This document shows positions 27,581 through 37,247 of a stretch of DNA of 64,000 bases, in pieces. The notes beneath the pieces are model-generated. The model was not told the DNA's origin. It was given only the letters and a program-made list of their open reading frames with translations, and did not search any database. A program made the position numbers and the translations under genes. This stretch comes from Acidobacteriota bacterium (GTDB lineage Bacteria; Acidobacteriota; Terriglobia; Terriglobales; Acidobacteriaceae): the NCBI GenBank assembly GCA_021846945.1, contig JAJZVZ010000004.1:218-64217 (forward strand), read 5' to 3'. The number at the start of each line of letters is the position of its first letter. The first letter of the stretch is position 1.

Positions 27581-29244
27581 AGACGATTCGTTCCATCGTC
27601 CGGCTGGCTGCAACCGGAGTTCTTCCGGCCTTGCTGTGTGCACCGCCATTGATCGCCGCGCAGCAGACACGCGCTTCCGCGGAGAAGGATCCGGTACTCA
27701 AGGCCATGCTCACTGAGCTTGACCGCAGCATGGCCCAGCTCCAGTTGAAGGGCTTTTCCAAGCCCTTCTTTATCCAGTACCGCATTGAGGATGTGGACGA
27801 CTTCTCCACCAGGGCGAAGTTTGGCGCCAGCGAGGGCTCGAAGCGCACCCGCCAGCGCGTGGCCCGCGTCAAGGTGCTGGTAGGCGATTACAAGACAGAC
27901 AGCTCCGGCGAGCGAGGCGGCGGGGCGCTGGAACTGACGGCGCTGGATGACGATCCCATCGCGCTGCGCTCGGCGCTGTGGGTGGCAACCGATCAGGCGT
28001 ACAAGAGCGCGCTCACCGCGTATGCGCAGAAGCAGGCCGCGCTCAAGGAAGTGCAGACGCCGCCGCAAGCCGACGACTTCAGTCGCGAAAAGCCCCTCAT
28101 CTCGCTCGCCGCTGCGCCGCGACTCACGCTTGACGAAGCCGGCTGGGCAAGTCGTGTCGCGCACGACAGCGGCATCTACCGGACCAACGCCGCGGTCAAG
28201 GCCGGCCGGCGCGACGTGCAATATTCCACGGCCGAGTTTCACGCGCGCACGACGGCCACATGGCTTGTAAACAGCGAGGGCACCATCATCCGCAAAGGTA
28301 CGGTCGAGTACCAGGAGTTCGTGGCGGTCGGCATGCAGGCGCCTGACGGAATGCGGCTTGACCGTTCCTACGCCACCACCGGTGCCTCGCTGGCGGACCT
28401 GGACGTGCCCGCGGTCTTCGAGCGGCATGCAGTGGAACTGATCTCTTCGCTGGCCGAGTTGCGCAAGGCGCCGCTGGTCGAAGAGGAGTATCACGGCCCG
28501 CTGTTGTTGAGCGCCGACGCTGCGGCCGGCACATTCCGCCTTTTGCTGGCGAACGCGGTGACGGCCACACGGCCCAGGCTGGGCACAGCAGCCCGCACCA
28601 ACGGCCCCTTTGCTTCAAGCTACAAAACGCACGTACTCCCCGAATTTCTTGACGTCAGCGACGATCCCGGCCTGAAGAGCTATGACGGCAAGCGCCTTGT
28701 GGGGGCGTATGCCGTGGACGAAGAAGGCGTTCCAGCACAGGAGGTGCAACTGGTGACGGGAGGGCTGCTGGAGAACTACCTCATCGGCCGCCAGCCGGTG
28801 CGCGGCTTTCCCCAATCGAACGGGCACGGCCGAGCCGGGATTACGGGTCCTCCGCGGCCGGCCATCGGGGTACTGAAGGTGAGCGCCCGCAATGGAATCT
28901 CGGAAAGGGAACTGAACCGCAGGTTGCTGGCGATGGCCAAAGAGCGAAGGCTGGAGAGCGTCTTCTATGTGCAAACCCTGGGCGCTGCGCTCATGCCGCG
29001 CCTGCTCTACCGCGTCAGCGTGGACGGAAAGCCGGAGCTGGTGCGCGGCGCGGAGATCGATGACGTTGACCAGAGGGCGCTGCGCGCCAGCGTGACCGCC
29101 GCAGGCAGCGATCTGTATGTGACCAACTACTTCGGTGACATTCCCCAAACGGTGCTTGCGCCAGCGCTGCTGCTGGAAGATGCAACCATCCGCCGTGCCA
29201 ACGAGAAGAACGACAAGCTTCCGTTTTATCCGCCTCCGGATTGA
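27577..29244 (+). CDS. Exported PmbA/TldE-like partner subunit (TldD/PmbA family, no HExxxH)
   Basis: Same family architecture (QSNGHGRAG, GVLKVSA blocks) but lacking the zinc motif. Signal peptide MKTIRSIVRLAATGVLPALLCAPPLIAAQQ. ATGA overlap with the upstream gene. Confidence 0.8.
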   Translation: MKTIRSIVRLAATGVLPALLCAPPLIAAQQTRASAEKDPVLKAMLTELDRSMAQLQLKGFSKPFFIQYRIEDVDDFSTRAKFGASEGSKRTRQRVARVKVLVGDYKTDSSGERGGGALELTALDDDPIALRSALWVATDQAYKSALTAYAQKQAALKEVQTPPQADDFSREKPLISLAAAPRLTLDEAGWASRVAHDSGIYRTNAAVKAGRRDVQYSTAEFHARTTATWLVNSEGTIIRKGTVEYQEFVAVGMQAPDGMRLDRSYATTGASLADLDVPAVFERHAVELISSLAELRKAPLVEEEYHGPLLLSADAAAGTFRLLLANAVTATRPRLGTAARTNGPFASSYKTHVLPEFLDVSDDPGLKSYDGKRLVGAYAVDEEGVPAQEVQLVTGGLLENYLIGRQPVRGFPQSNGHGRAGITGPPRPAIGVLKVSARNGISERELNRRLLAMAKERRLESVFYVQTLGAALMPRLLYRVSVDGKPELVRGAEIDDVDQRALRASVTAAGSDLYVTNYFGDIPQTVLAPALLLEDATIRRANEKNDKLPFYPPPD

Positions 29245-29351
29245 GTCGAATGTGGAATACCAGGGACTGCGCCAATCGGGCTGCGGGGAAGTATCCTGGA
29301 TTTGGGTGCGGCTTCACTTGTACCGTAATCGCGGCAGAATCAATGCTGACA

Positions 29352-30533
29352 TCAGGCTTGCCGGACGCGGATATCGGGCTCGTAACCTGTGCCGGAACGG
29401 GCCGAGAGGCGCAGCGCCGGCAACTGCCGGGCGGGAATCGCCTGCGAGAGCGAGGCGCGGTAGAGCGCGGCGCCCAGCGCTGCCCCGTCATCGCCGCCCG
29501 CGGGGTAGATATAAACCGCGTCAAAGAAGCGCGACCGGATCAGTTTCCGCTTGGCGGCCGTTTTCAGCGGCGTACCGCCCGCCAGCACCACCCGCCGCAA
29601 CCCGGTTTCCTTCGCAAAATGCTCGCAGACATGCAGAATCACGCGCTCGAAACACTCCTGCATGGCGGCTGCCACATCTTCGTGGATGAATTCGATCGGT
29701 TCGCCCGGCGACCGGCGCCGAACCAGCTTCTGATCGAGATAGCTCCGCGCGGCCGCACAGATCTCACGCTCCTTGCGTGAGTTGTTCAGCTTCAACAGAG
29801 GAATGTGCGCGCAACCGTCATCGCGCAGCTCCACGGCATCCATGAAGAACTTCCGGAAGCGCGAGGGGTCGCCATAGCCGGCCATCTCCATCATCTTGTA
29901 CTCATCAGTACTGAACTCAAAGCCCAGATGCAGCGCCACCAGCGAGTACAGCATGCCGATCGAGTCTCTGGCGTAGATGGCGCGAACCCTCTCCAATTCG
30001 CCATCATGAAAATCGAAGACGCTCAAGCCCTCAATCTCGCCCATCGCGTCGCTGACCACCACCAGGCACTCGTCCCAGCCTGACGTATAGGCGGCGCCGG
30101 CGGCGTGCGCCCGGTGGTGGCTCACCGCGAAGACTTTGTCCTCAGAAAATCCTGGCAGATTGCGGCGCACCTGTTCGAGCAGCGCAGTCCGCGAAAGAAC
30201 CCTCCTGTAGAGTTCCGCCGAAGCGTCATTCTGGGCGTAAAACACGCGATAGGGCGCAAAGTCGAATCCGTGAGCGATTTCGTCGATTTCGTCAATGGCG
30301 ATGCCGGCTTCAGACAGACAGAATTGAATCGCGTTGATGGGGAATTCGGCAGTGCGCATTTGCCCGCTGAAACGTGCCTGATCCGCGGCAGCTACGACCT
30401 TGCCGTCGATGACCAGCGCGGCTGCTGAATCCATTCCCTGCGCAATGCGGTACTCGCGCTCCTCAAGGCCGGGCCAGGCAGCTTTCTTAAAACTCATGAA
30501 ATTTTCGAGCCCGCTGATACCGATGACTTTCAT
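29352..30533 (-). CDS. Carbamoyltransferase (NodU/CmcH family), N-terminal domain only; the C-terminal catalytic domain is absent and the gene may be a truncated remnant
   Basis: MKVIGISG.., DSAAALVIDGKVVAAADQARFSG, VSHHRAHAAGA, LAGGTPLK and PAGGDDGAALGAALY match the Carbam_trans_N domain. The ORF stops about 40 aa later, and only 107 nt remain before the next gene. Start set at ATG 30533. Confidence 0.65.
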   Translation of the reverse strand: MKVIGISGLENFMSFKKAAWPGLEEREYRIAQGMDSAAALVIDGKVVAAADQARFSGQMRTAEFPINAIQFCLSEAGIAIDEIDEIAHGFDFAPYRVFYAQNDASAELYRRVLSRTALLEQVRRNLPGFSEDKVFAVSHHRAHAAGAAYTSGWDECLVVVSDAMGEIEGLSVFDFHDGELERVRAIYARDSIGMLYSLVALHLGFEFSTDEYKMMEMAGYGDPSRFRKFFMDAVELRDDGCAHIPLLKLNNSRKEREICAAARSYLDQKLVRRRSPGEPIEFIHEDVAAAMQECFERVILHVCEHFAKETGLRRVVLAGGTPLKTAAKRKLIRSRFFDAVYIYPAGGDDGAALGAALYRASLSQAIPARQLPALRLSARSGTGYEPDIRVRQA

Positions 30534-30938
30534 CCATGCCTCTTCCGAGGATCGCGCCGTGCCTGATGAGCGAACCCAGTTCTCGCACAACCTCTCTCGG
30601 ATGTCTCCGGGAGAGATCACACCACCTTCGGCTTCGGGGTGATAAGTTTTTGGGGTCCCCAAGTCGCGGCCGTACGCGAGCGTCGTTACGCTTTACTGTG
30701 CAGACTAGCATAGCGATTCCCCAGCAATGGCGGGCTTGCCGCGGCCTGCACCAAACTGAATAACCCCCTGCGCCAGCACCGTTGGCGGATTCAGGCCGGC
30801 CGTTGTTCGCTGCTCCCGCGCGGCAACCTGAGACACCGTCGCTGGTCCGGGAGGCGGTTTCGGTTTCTCCACCGTTGATTCCGCCGGGGGAGTATGCTTA
30901 ATCTCCGAAGAGAAACCCAACCGCGCCGAGGACCGAAC

Positions 30939-31883
30939 ATGAATCGCATCTTTCAGGCAACTTTCTCTGCCCTCCTGCTCTGCCTGCCAGGACTGGCCGC
31001 GGTCGCCGCCCCCATTCCCATCATGATCCTGGACGGCGAGAGCGGCGGGCCGTACCACAACTGGAAGCTCACCACGCCCGTCCTCAAGCGCGAGCTGGAA
31101 GAGACCGGCCTCTTCAAGGTCACGGTCGTCACCGCGCCGCGCTCTGACGGCGACTTCAGCAACTTCAAGCCGGAGTTCAGCCGCTACAAGGCCATCGTCA
31201 TGAACTACGACGCTCCCGACTGGCCGGCAAATTTACGCGCGCAGTTTGAAGACTACGTCCGCAAGGGCGGCGGGCTCATCATTGTGCACGCGGCTGACAA
31301 CGCCTTTCCCAACTGGCCCGCCTATAACCTGATGATCGGCATCGGCGGCTGGAGGCACCGCACCGAGCAGGCCGGCCCCTACTGGTACTGGAAGGATGGC
31401 AAGCTGGTCTCCGATCCCTCGCCCGGCCCTACCGGCTCGCATGGAGCTCGGCTGCCGTTTCAGATCGTCACGCGCGATGCTGCGCACCCCATCATGAGGG
31501 GACTGCCGCCCGTCTGGGTTCACGTCAACGACGAGCTTTATGCCACTCTGCGCGGCCCCGGCAAAAACATGACCGTGCTCGCCACCGCGCATTCCGACCC
31601 GAAAAACAAGGGAACCGGCCATGACGAGCCCATCATTATGGTTCTGCGTTACGGGAAGGGAAGAATCTTTCACACCACGCTGGGCCACGATGTCTTCGCA
31701 CTGAGCTGCGTGGGATTCATCACGATCTTTCAGCGCGGCACCGAGTGGGCCGCGACGGGAAAAGTTACCCAGAAGGCCCCGGCCAACTTCCCCACCGCTG
31801 ACTCAGTAAGTTACCGAGTAGATATCGCGGAAATGGATCCGGCATTCCTGAAGGGAGCTTCGCCAGTGGTGGCGGCGAAGTAG
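30939..31883 (+). CDS. ThuA domain-containing protein (trehalose-utilisation-like), exported
   Basis: Signal peptide MNRIFQATFSALLLCLPGLAAVAA, then IMILDGESGGPYHNW, GGGLIIVHAADNAF and GRIFHTTLGH blocks typical of the ThuA fold. SD sequence GAGGA upstream of ATG 30939. Confidence 0.8.
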   Translation: MNRIFQATFSALLLCLPGLAAVAAPIPIMILDGESGGPYHNWKLTTPVLKRELEETGLFKVTVVTAPRSDGDFSNFKPEFSRYKAIVMNYDAPDWPANLRAQFEDYVRKGGGLIIVHAADNAFPNWPAYNLMIGIGGWRHRTEQAGPYWYWKDGKLVSDPSPGPTGSHGARLPFQIVTRDAAHPIMRGLPPVWVHVNDELYATLRGPGKNMTVLATAHSDPKNKGTGHDEPIIMVLRYGKGRIFHTTLGHDVFALSCVGFITIFQRGTEWAATGKVTQKAPANFPTADSVSYRVDIAEMDPAFLKGASPVVAAK

Positions 31884-31980
31884 CATGCTTTTGTCTTTTT
31901 CAATCCGCGTCAATCCTGACATTTGGGTTTCCCAGGTCTCGTTCGCTGCAGCGGATGAGACCTGGGATGGGTGCCGGACC

Positions 31981-33168
31981 CTACTTCGCCGTCCGGTAAA
32001 TCTCCGAGCCGGCCAGCAGATAAGCGCCCACTCCATAGACATAGCTCGATGTCTCGGTAAAGGCTCCGGGCGCGGCGCCCACAGGCTGAATGCTGCCCAG
32101 TCGCCCATCAGCATAGACGTGCGAGAGCATCCCCTTCCACGCCTTGTGTACTGCGGGCCAGTAAGTGGCCTTGTCGAGGATGCCCTCATTCACTCCCCAC
32201 GCCATCGCGTAGGTAATGAAGGCGCTGCCGGAAAGTTCAGGCAGCGGATACGAAGCGGCGTCGAGCAGGCCCGGTCGCCACAGTCCATCCGGTCCCTGGA
32301 TTGAAAGCATCTCCGCCGACATCTCTTTGAACAGCTCGACATACTTTGGCCGCAGCGGAGCATCCTTCGGCATCTGCTGCAGCACGCGGACGAGGCCGCC
32401 CATCACCCAGCCGTTGCCGCGCGACCAGAAGATCTTTTCGCCGTTCTTCTCATGCTTGTCCAGGTACGTCGCGTCGCGTGAATAGAGGTGCTTGTTGTGG
32501 TCGTAGAGCAGATCCGTGGTGATGGTCCATTGCTTGTCCATGAAGTCCAGATACTTCTGGTCGCCGGTCGCCTTGTACATGTCGGCATAGACAGGCGGGG
32601 CCATAAAGAGTGCGTCGCACCACCACCAGAGCGGCTTCTTCTCGTATTGGGATTCGGGCGTAGCGATCTCTTCATCAAGCCGCGCCTTCATCTGCTCCAT
32701 CATCTTCGGATCTTTATGGATGAAGTATTGCTCCATGTACATCTGGCCTACAGCCTGATCGTCGGCCATCATGATGCGCGGTCCCGGCCGCCATTCAAGT
32801 TTGTTGCCGATATCCAGCATGGCCTGCTTGTACTGGTCCCCGGCGACCGCATCCGGAACGGCCATGAATCCGTCATAGAGCGCTGCCCATGTCCAGTCGT
32901 ACTGCGCCTGGTCCGGCAGAAGGTGGAGTTGCCAGTCGGCCACCAGCTTCATGGCTTTGGCAAGATCTTTCTTCGTGAATTTCGGCGACAGATTTGTAGC
33001 CAGCGGTCCCGCCGACGGCGGAGTATTCCCCGGGGGCGCCAGATGAGGGTAGTGTCCTGGCGCGCGCTGCGCGGAAGCCGGCAAAAGCGCAAGAGCGAAT
33101 GCGGCAGTGGCAAGGATGGGAAGCCAGAGGGAGCGTCCCATTCGCAGAGAAAGGCCGATATTTTGCAT
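31981..33168 (-). CDS. Glycoside hydrolase family 88/105 (unsaturated rhamnogalacturonyl / glucuronyl hydrolase-like), exported
   Basis: WTWAALYDG, DDQAVGQMY, WWWCDALFMAPP and FWSRGNGWVMGGL blocks. Start set at ATG 33168 (MQNIGLSLRMGRSLWLPILATAAFALALLPASAQ), preceded by GGAGAA. Confidence 0.85.
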   Translation of the reverse strand: MQNIGLSLRMGRSLWLPILATAAFALALLPASAQRAPGHYPHLAPPGNTPPSAGPLATNLSPKFTKKDLAKAMKLVADWQLHLLPDQAQYDWTWAALYDGFMAVPDAVAGDQYKQAMLDIGNKLEWRPGPRIMMADDQAVGQMYMEQYFIHKDPKMMEQMKARLDEEIATPESQYEKKPLWWWCDALFMAPPVYADMYKATGDQKYLDFMDKQWTITTDLLYDHNKHLYSRDATYLDKHEKNGEKIFWSRGNGWVMGGLVRVLQQMPKDAPLRPKYVELFKEMSAEMLSIQGPDGLWRPGLLDAASYPLPELSGSAFITYAMAWGVNEGILDKATYWPAVHKAWKGMLSHVYADGRLGSIQPVGAAPGAFTETSSYVYGVGAYLLAGSEIYRTAK

Positions 33169-33413
33169 TTGGTTCTCCAGTGGTGTAAAAGCCTGTGGTT
33201 TGGGCCCGGTGCGGGGCGCAAACCCGCGCAACGGCAACTCTTCGGAAGGATAGAAGCGCGCAGCCACTTTGGGATCGGAAATGGCAGTGTGGCTGGGCAT
33301 GCACACACCATAGGCACGCTCCGTACCGCTGTCAAGCGAGAGGCGAGAATAGGCGCGATTCAGCAATATTGTCATTCAGCGCAACCCCGTCGCCGCGCGC
33401 GATTTGAACGCGG

Positions 33414-36400
33414 TCAGAAGCTGATTCGCGTCCCAAATTCAATCTGCCGCTCCCGGTAAAAGTTGTAGCCGTTGATGTCAAGCGGCTTGCCGAATGCCAC
33501 GGTGTCGGGCTTGAGTCCAGTGAGGAAATTGAGCGATGGCAGCTCGCCCGAGCTGGTGCCCGACCGGATGTAGTAACCGGTGGTTTCAATCTCTGTAACG
33601 TTGCTGTGATTGAAGAGATTGAAGGTCTCGGCCATGAGCTCCATGTGGGCCTCTCTGCCGAGGTTGAACTGTTTGCCCAGCCGGAAGTCCGCCTTCCACG
33701 TCGAAGGATAGCGAAACGTGTTGCGGCCCACGCCATAGATGCGGTTATCTCCGCCCGATCCATTCATGCCCGGCTCAAGGCCGGCGATCGCCACGCCCCC
33801 ATTCGTAAATTCCTTGGGCAACGTGCCTGAAGTGCGCATCGTGTAGGGCAGGCCGCCGCGGAACAGGCCGATCCCGGAAAGCCTCCAGTCGTTCGCGATC
33901 CGGCCTGCAAGTGCATGCAGCTGCCAGGGAGCCGCAAGAATCATGTAGGCTGCTGCCGAGTGGCGCACATCCAGGTTGCTGGTTCCGTATTCCAGCCTGA
34001 AGTTTTCCGGGTCGAGCACGCCGTCGCCCGCCACCCACGCGCCTTCGTTGGGATTCCAGTCCTCGGCGTGGGCATAGGTGTAATGCGCAAAGAAGCCAAC
34101 GCCACGACGGCTGTACCGTCCCAACCTCACGATCGCCGCTTCATAGGTGGAGTTGGCCCGGCTCACGATCTCCGAAATCTGCTGATAATTCGGATTCAGG
34201 CGGCCCGCCGTGCCGGTCACGGAAGTGGCTGAGGGCCATGAAGCATAAAAAGGAACGGTGATCTGCTTCGTCTTGATCGGGCCTTTGCCGGTGCCGTCCA
34301 CGACGGCATAAGTGATGGTCCCGGGATTGATCTTGGGATCGATGTTGGCATCGGTCGAAATCGGCAGGCGCCGGCCCAGGCTTACCAGCGCGCTGGCTGT
34401 CAGCAGCATGCCGCCGGGGACATCTTCCTCGACCGAAGCAATGGCCTGATGCACTTCGGGATTGCGAAAGCCCGGCCCAAACTCGACGGCGCGCGGTTTG
34501 ACCATGCTCAACGGTTCTCCGGCAAGCACGTAGGGGAATGGCGGCGCTCCACCCGCATCCAGATTATCCGTGGGGCGCATGAAAAAGTAAAGGTCGCCCT
34601 TGGGAGAGCCGGTCTGCGTCAACGCCGTTTCGACCACGGCGTTCATGGTGCGCGCAAAGTACATGCCGTAGCCCAGGCGCAGCAACGGCCAGTGATTTTT
34701 GTAGTTGCCTATCGCAAGGCTTACGCGCGGTCCCCAGTCATTGCCAAGGTCCGGCAGCTTCTGCGTCAGCGGAAGATCGGGGTTGGCCATTGCGGTCATG
34801 GGCGCCGGCAACTGTTCGCGCTCCCAGCGCAGCCCTGCGGAGAGCGTCACCAGCTTATGCGGCTCCCACTGGGCGCTCGCGTAGCCGGCCCAGTCGTTCG
34901 TGCTTAAATTCCACCTGGCCGGGCCCATCATTTGGGAATAGTAGGTGTAGCAAGGCAGATAGCCCAGGCCGCGCAACTTGCCCGCCGAGTCGCGCCACAC
35001 CCGCCCCGTCTCATCGCAGTTGTGCTGGTGAAAGGGATCGAGCTGCCCTGAAAGTCCAAAGGTCGCGTAGGCCAGCGCATCAGAGGCAAAGTTCTCCACG
35101 CTGGAGTAGTAATAGGTTCCTGTTTGATTGCGCAGCAAGCTGGTTGCGTCGGCGTCGTGGCCCCACTCGAAACCTGATTGCATCAGCCAGCCGCCGCGGA
35201 CCCACTCCACCGATTCCTGCCCGCGATAGAAGTGCTCGTCGGGATAACTGCCCGGCCCGAAGCGTGAGGGATTGCCGATGGTGAAGCCGTAGCGCGAGTC
35301 CACCATGATCTGCGGCAATTGTCCCCACACGTTGTTGTTGAGCGTCTGCTCAAATGCCGAAGGAGTTCCGGGATGCGTGCCCAGATCATTCTGCCCTACG
35401 GAGATTTCCGAGACGGCCAGCAGATTCGGCGTCAGGAATGTCTCCCACCGGCCCAGCACCCATCCCTCGCTTGCTTCGCTGACGCCCAGGCTATGGTTCC
35501 CGTACATCTCCGAAACCCGCGTCATTCCTCCGCCCGGCGAGTTCCAGTTCGCGCCCGTTCCTTCCAGCGTGAAGTGGTTGCGTTCGCCGGCATCCCAATC
35601 CAGGCGGCCAAAGCCGACCCACTGCGCGGCGGTGCGCGGAGCTGGACCGAGCAGGCCGTCCAGAGTTTCGAGCATCTTCGAGTACGCAGCCAGACCCTCA
35701 GCAACCGGGTTGACGCTGGGCAGGCCGAGCCGCGCCGCCAGCACCTGCATCTGGTCGTTTGAAGGCTGGGCGAAAAACATGTCAGGATGCCGCACCATCG
35801 ACAGGCCTGGATCATTGCGCCTGTAACCGTCGAGCGCGCCAAACCAGTAGAGCTTACTGTGGCGAATGCGACCGCCCACGCCGATGCCCCAGCTCATCTC
35901 GTGATCCGGCGGCGTGTACGCCTCCGGAGTAAATACGGGTGACGTTTCGAAGGTTGCGGGCGCGGTCTCCTTCACCCACTGCGTAAAAGGATTCCGCGCG
36001 CCCCAGTTATTCTGGCGGTCGAAGAGAAATCCCTGACCGTGCAGAGTGTTGCCGCCGCGCTCTGTCTCCACGGTCATCTCGCCGCCGGCGGCGCGCGATG
36101 CTCGCGCTGCCACATTGCCGGCAACCGCCTGCACCGCGCGGATCGCCGCTTCTCCAATGATGAATCCGCGCCCGCTGGTCCAGACCCGGCCCATGTTCCG
36201 CTGCTCTACATTGCCTCGGCCATAATTGCCGGCTCCGGCGCCTCCCACGCGGCCAAACGACAGACGCGTGTTTGCGCCATCCACTGTGGTCTCCACGCCT
36301 TCTTCGCCGGCTCCGCGCAGAGATGGCTGTCCGGCGTCGCCGCCCGGCGTCGCCGCCGTGGGGGTATCGAGCAGGAAATCTTCCCAACGGCGCCCGCTCA

Positions 36401-36713
36401 CCGGCAGCGCCTGCAACTCGGCGCCGGTCACAGTGGTCGTCACTGCCGGAGATACCGGACTGGCGTTTGCCTCGGCTGTCTCAATCGGCGGGGCAGGCGA
36501 ATGGGAAGTCTGGCCTGGCGCCCGCGCGGAGTGCGCAGATGCATCCGCTGCCGGATGTGCGGATGCTGGGGCTGACGTGGCCGCTGGCTTCGCCATGCCT
36601 GGCCCGGCGCCCGCGCCATTCTCTGAGGTCTGTGCAAAGAGAGAACATCCTGTGCCAGCGAGCAGCAAAATCATCGCCAGCGACCTGATCCAGCTCCACC
36701 TGGCCACCGCCAT
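33414..36713 (-). CDS. TonB-dependent receptor-like outer-membrane beta-barrel (about 1100 aa)
   Basis: Signal peptide, Ala/Pro/Ser/His-rich linker, then a plug-like region (VTGAELQALPVSGRRWEDFLL). Long beta-strand-rich body ending in the OMP signature ..EFGTRISF (terminal Phe). Start is either ATG 36713 or GTG 36752. Confidence 0.8.
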   Translation of the reverse strand: MAVARWSWIRSLAMILLLAGTGCSLFAQTSENGAGAGPGMAKPAATSAPASAHPAADASAHSARAPGQTSHSPAPPIETAEANASPVSPAVTTTVTGAELQALPVSGRRWEDFLLDTPTAATPGGDAGQPSLRGAGEEGVETTVDGANTRLSFGRVGGAGAGNYGRGNVEQRNMGRVWTSGRGFIIGEAAIRAVQAVAGNVAARASRAAGGEMTVETERGGNTLHGQGFLFDRQNNWGARNPFTQWVKETAPATFETSPVFTPEAYTPPDHEMSWGIGVGGRIRHSKLYWFGALDGYRRNDPGLSMVRHPDMFFAQPSNDQMQVLAARLGLPSVNPVAEGLAAYSKMLETLDGLLGPAPRTAAQWVGFGRLDWDAGERNHFTLEGTGANWNSPGGGMTRVSEMYGNHSLGVSEASEGWVLGRWETFLTPNLLAVSEISVGQNDLGTHPGTPSAFEQTLNNNVWGQLPQIMVDSRYGFTIGNPSRFGPGSYPDEHFYRGQESVEWVRGGWLMQSGFEWGHDADATSLLRNQTGTYYYSSVENFASDALAYATFGLSGQLDPFHQHNCDETGRVWRDSAGKLRGLGYLPCYTYYSQMMGPARWNLSTNDWAGYASAQWEPHKLVTLSAGLRWEREQLPAPMTAMANPDLPLTQKLPDLGNDWGPRVSLAIGNYKNHWPLLRLGYGMYFARTMNAVVETALTQTGSPKGDLYFFMRPTDNLDAGGAPPFPYVLAGEPLSMVKPRAVEFGPGFRNPEVHQAIASVEEDVPGGMLLTASALVSLGRRLPISTDANIDPKINPGTITYAVVDGTGKGPIKTKQITVPFYASWPSATSVTGTAGRLNPNYQQISEIVSRANSTYEAAIVRLGRYSRRGVGFFAHYTYAHAEDWNPNEGAWVAGDGVLDPENFRLEYGTSNLDVRHSAAAYMILAAPWQLHALAGRIANDWRLSGIGLFRGGLPYTMRTSGTLPKEFTNGGVAIAGLEPGMNGSGGDNRIYGVGRNTFRYPSTWKADFRLGKQFNLGREAHMELMAETFNLFNHSNVTEIETTGYYIRSGTSSGELPSLNFLTGLKPDTVAFGKPLDINGYNFYRERQIEFGTRISF

Positions 36714-37067
36714 CCAATCACCCACCTGTGGCAGATACTCGGGAACAAACACACAATTAGCGCATCACCGGCCTGCTCTCACGGCAGGTCCGGCACGGGC
36801 GGGCCGCTGGCTCTGGTTAAGCCTGCTTTCCGCCGTCCCGTTTGCATGCAAAGGGATTTGCAAGTGATTCTATGCCGCTCGGACGCAATTGCAAAGTGCG
36901 ACTGTGCGCCCGTGCGCACTCTCGCCCTTCAGCCATTCCTGCGGAGGCCGCGACACCTCTTCTCAATCCGGCTCTTCCTATATTTCATTGACTCGTCCAA
37001 GGCAAGGCCCCCGTTTGGGATTGCTGAATTTATCAAATAAAATATTTGGTTTCATCAAAAATATATC

Positions 37068-37096
37068 TTGACAGAGAGTAATTGATTAAGTAGGGT
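37068..37096 (+). promoter_or_regulatory. Candidate sigma70 promoter for the 37248 receptor gene (-35 TTGACA, 17 nt, -10 TAGGGT)
   Basis: Read directly in the AT-rich divergent spacer. No experimental support. Confidence 0.3.
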
Positions 37097-37247
37097 TTCC
37101 TGCAAGGAAAAATCCCCACAGTTTCGTAAGTTTGAATCGTAGATTTGAGTCCTTCGGTAGAACCGCCGTGTCGTGTTGATGGCACAGGCATTGGGGCTTG
37201 CAACATATAACGATCGCACAACCAAAGCAAACACTTTTGGAGGCATT

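Noticed and set aside
37180-37202. Sigma-54-like TGGCAC ... TTGCA upstream of the 37248 receptor gene.
   Set aside because: The GG and GC dinucleotides are 19 nt apart rather than the canonical 12, so the elements are out of register for RpoN.
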